From an uncultured Enterobacterales bacterium (lineage in GTDB: Bacteria > Myxococcota_A > UBA796 > CAJQPC01): a stretch of 54,179 nucleotides of DNA. Positions 52,149 through 54,179 of this stretch are shown here, piece after piece. Below the pieces are notes generated by a model. That model worked only from the letters and a program-made list of their open reading frames with translations. It ran no database searches and had not been told where the DNA came from. Within the stretch, counting starts at the first letter, position 1; every line of letters starts with the position of its first letter. The stretch spans positions 46,515 through 100,693 of the forward strand of contig CAYFPX010000001.1 of assembly GCA_964344945.1 (NCBI GenBank), read 5' to 3'. The translations under genes and the position numbers were made by a program.

Positions 52149-52706
52149 ATGGAAGACGCCGCCTCGTCGCTCTCCAGCTGGCTCGGCACGAGCGGGCTCA
52201 CGGCCCGGGGCGTGCTGTTGCTGCTGGGCGGGCTGCTGCTGGTCCTGGGGGCCCGCAACTACCGCGCGGCCCTGATCCTGCCCGCCGCGGCCCTGGGCGC
52301 CGCCCTGGTGGACGCCGTGCTCGCCACGGCGGTGCCCGGGGGCCTGCGCGTGCTCGCGGCGCTGGTGGGGGCCGTGGCCACCGGCGTGCTCGCTGGCCTG
52401 CTGGAGAGCGTGGCCGTGCGGCTCGCGGGCGTGCTGCTCGGGGGCGGCCTCGCCCTGGCGCTCTGGCCCGCGGTGATCGGGGGCGGGCCGGCGACCCCGT
52501 GGTGGGTACCCCTGGTCGGGGGCTTCGCGGGCCTGGCGTTCTTCCCGGGCCTCTACCGTGCGGCGTTGCGGGTCGTGGTGCCGCTCCTGGGCGCCCTCAT
52601 CGTCACCCACGCCCTCGGGCGGCCCGGGGACCTGCTGTGGGTCCTCGGACTCGCCGCGGTGGGCTTCGTCGTCGACTCCGCCATGCGCAGCGACGAGGAG
52701 GACTGA
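52149..52706 (+). CDS. hypothetical polytopic membrane protein
   Basis: About five Gly/Ala/Leu-rich TM segments are followed by an acidic C-terminus (RSDEED). Confidence 0.6.
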   Translation: MEDAASSLSSWLGTSGLTARGVLLLLGGLLLVLGARNYRAALILPAAALGAALVDAVLATAVPGGLRVLAALVGAVATGVLAGLLESVAVRLAGVLLGGGLALALWPAVIGGGPATPWWVPLVGGFAGLAFFPGLYRAALRVVVPLLGALIVTHALGRPGDLLWVLGLAAVGFVVDSAMRSDEED

Positions 52707-52708
52707 CC

Positions 52709-53584
52709 CTACTCCGACGTCACCACCGTGAGGAACGGGGGCGCCGGGTTGTAGCAGGTGCTGCAGCGCATCGCGAGCACCCACAGGCCGGTGCTGTCGA
52801 ACCCACCGAAGCCGGAGATGGTGCTCAGGTCGTAGTCGAGCAGGGCGTCGCTGGAGACCTCGAATTCCTGGGTGGCCAGGGTCTCCAGGTTCACGAAGTC
52901 CGCCTCGAGCTCGTCGGCCGTGAGGTCGTAGTTGGCGACGTAGAGGATGTCCATCTTGTTGAGCGGGAACTCCTGGCCGGCGCCGTCGGAGGTCAGGGCG
53001 GACCAGTCGACCAGGGGCGTGCCGCTGGCGGTGACCGCGGTGCCGGCGTCGACGTTGACGTCGAAGCTGACGGTGCCGCTCGCGTCGTTGAACACGATGG
53101 GGTCCGCCGGGCCGGTGGCGGTGGGCTCGAAGAAGGTGAGCATCTTGGCGCGGTCGTCGGCGAAGACGGTCAGGATGTAGGTCTCGGTCGCCGACTCGTA
53201 GATCTCGTCTTCGACGATGATCGGCGTGCCCAGGAACTCGAATTCACTGAAGGGCGCCTCGCACTCGCCATCCGTGGGCGTGTAGTCCGCGCTGCCGGAC
53301 AGGTCCTTCTGGGGGAGGTTCGTGGCCACCAGGGTCGCCTCGAGCTCCTCCTTGCTCAGCTCCCAGCGGGAGAGCACGACGTAGTCGACGTCGGTGCCCT
53401 CCATGGGGATGCCCAGGAAGTCCGTGGTGAGCCCACACCAGTTGACCGTCAGGTCGGTCTTCTCGAGGATCTCGACGCTGCCGATCTCCAGGGTCGACGT
53501 GAAGGTGTAGTTGTTGGCGTCTTCGAGGAGGATGTCATCCCCTCCCCCCGAGCAGCCCGTCAGGGCCAGCAGCAGCGTGATCAT
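52709..53584 (-). CDS. acidic lipoprotein, unknown function
   Basis: MITLLLALTGCSGGG is a lipobox. The mature part is Asp/Glu/Thr-rich with four Cys residues. The start overlaps the upstream stop by 4 nt. Confidence 0.65.
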   Translation of the reverse strand: MITLLLALTGCSGGGDDILLEDANNYTFTSTLEIGSVEILEKTDLTVNWCGLTTDFLGIPMEGTDVDYVVLSRWELSKEELEATLVATNLPQKDLSGSADYTPTDGECEAPFSEFEFLGTPIIVEDEIYESATETYILTVFADDRAKMLTFFEPTATGPADPIVFNDASGTVSFDVNVDAGTAVTASGTPLVDWSALTSDGAGQEFPLNKMDILYVANYDLTADELEADFVNLETLATQEFEVSSDALLDYDLSTISGFGGFDSTGLWVLAMRCSTCYNPAPPFLTVVTSE

Positions 53585-54179
53585 GCGTCTCCATCCTGTG
53601 CGGCCGGGTCGTACAGATCCCGGATGAACGTGAGGTGTCCGGGGAAGTAGCCGGTCGGCGTCTCCAGCCGCCAGCCGACTTCGCCATCCGGGGTGATCTC
53701 GACCACGACACCCTCGCTGCCGAAATTCACCACCGTGTTGCCGTTCGGCAGGCGCAGGGCCTCGCCGAGGACCTTGGCGAAGAAGCCCTCGCCCTCGCCC
53801 CAGCTCCAGATCACCTCGGCGGTGCCCGCCTCGTCGTCGAAGCCCAGCTCGATGGCGCGGGTCTCCTCGGGGCTCGTGCTCGGCGTGGTGGTGAAGAGCA
53901 GGGTTCCGCTGTCGGTCCAGTAGGCGCTGTGGGGCTTGCCCACGAGCTGGTCGCCCCCGGTGAGCGCGTGGGTGCCGTGCCCCCCGACAGCGCGGACCAG
54001 GTCGCCGTCCCGGTCCAGCTCGACCACGGTGTCCACGTTGCGGAAGGACACGGTGTAGCTCTGGCGCCCCTGGCTCCAGGACAGGAAGTTCCCGTGGGTC
54101 CAGTCGATGCCCTGGGGGTAGAACTCCCGCCCTTCGTCGGTCAGATCTCCCGGCGTCCAGTCGTCCCAGGTGGACCAGA
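53581..54179 (-). CDS. arylsulfotransferase-like (ASST) beta-propeller protein; 5' end beyond window
   Basis: The frame is open to the window edge (WSTWDDWTPGDLTDEGREFYPQGIDWTHGNFLSWSQGRQSYTVSFRNVDTVVELDRDGDLV...). The pattern resembles the ASST family. By eye only. Confidence 0.5.
   Translation of the reverse strand, partial: WSTWDDWTPGDLTDEGREFYPQGIDWTHGNFLSWSQGRQSYTVSFRNVDTVVELDRDGDLVRAVGGHGTHALTGGDQLVGKPHSAYWTDSGTLLFTTTPSTSPEETRAIELGFDDEAGTAEVIWSWGEGEGFFAKVLGEALRLPNGNTVVNFGSEGVVVEITPDGEVGWRLETPTGYFPGHLTFIRDLYDPAAQDGDA

Overview
This is a very high-G+C bacterial chromosomal segment (about 70% by eye). It is densely coded, with roughly 50 protein genes and one tRNA-Arg(CCG). I saw no rRNA, CRISPR array, transposase, integrase or prophage genes. 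Several features point to Myxococcota: a MYXO-CTERM-like sorting tail, Cys/Asp-rich putative metal-binding repeats fused to FG-GAP repeats, many lipoproteins and TPR proteins, a Ser/Thr-kinase-like gene and an EutL/PduB-type BMC shell protein. This lineage call is an inference. Recognisable housekeeping genes are trxB, queG, ggt, ygfZ, an SCPx-type thiolase, a PfkB kinase, a GGDEF cyclase and an Alg14/Alg13-like glycosyltransferase pair. Genes are often translationally coupled through ATGA, GTGA or CTGA overlaps, most notably in a 13-gene minus-strand run from 41859 to 29562. The main points worth a second look follow. (1) There is a 319-nt non-coding stretch with 13 GATC sites, mostly same-orientation GATCC(C/G) at about one-helical-turn spacing, upstream of a small HTH gene. 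(2) A beta-class amino-methyltransferase is fused to a nuclease-like OB domain that appears to lack catalytic residues. (3) A PfkB kinase, a SIR2-like domain with substituted catalytic residues and an FAH hydrolase are translationally coupled. (4) A lone tandem-BMC shell protein sits without any cargo genes. (5) A peptidase operon carries two M14/AstE-like paralogs, one stripped of metal ligands, plus a Pcp-like cysteine peptidase and a secreted TPR protein. (6) A perfect 24-bp inverted repeat encloses 130 nt immediately upstream of a TPR-CPBP protease gene. (7) Seven genes are disrupted as sequenced. Four are single-nucleotide indels in short G/C runs, which looks more like assembly error than biology. 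All family assignments come from by-eye motif recognition on the supplied translations. None has been confirmed by a database search.
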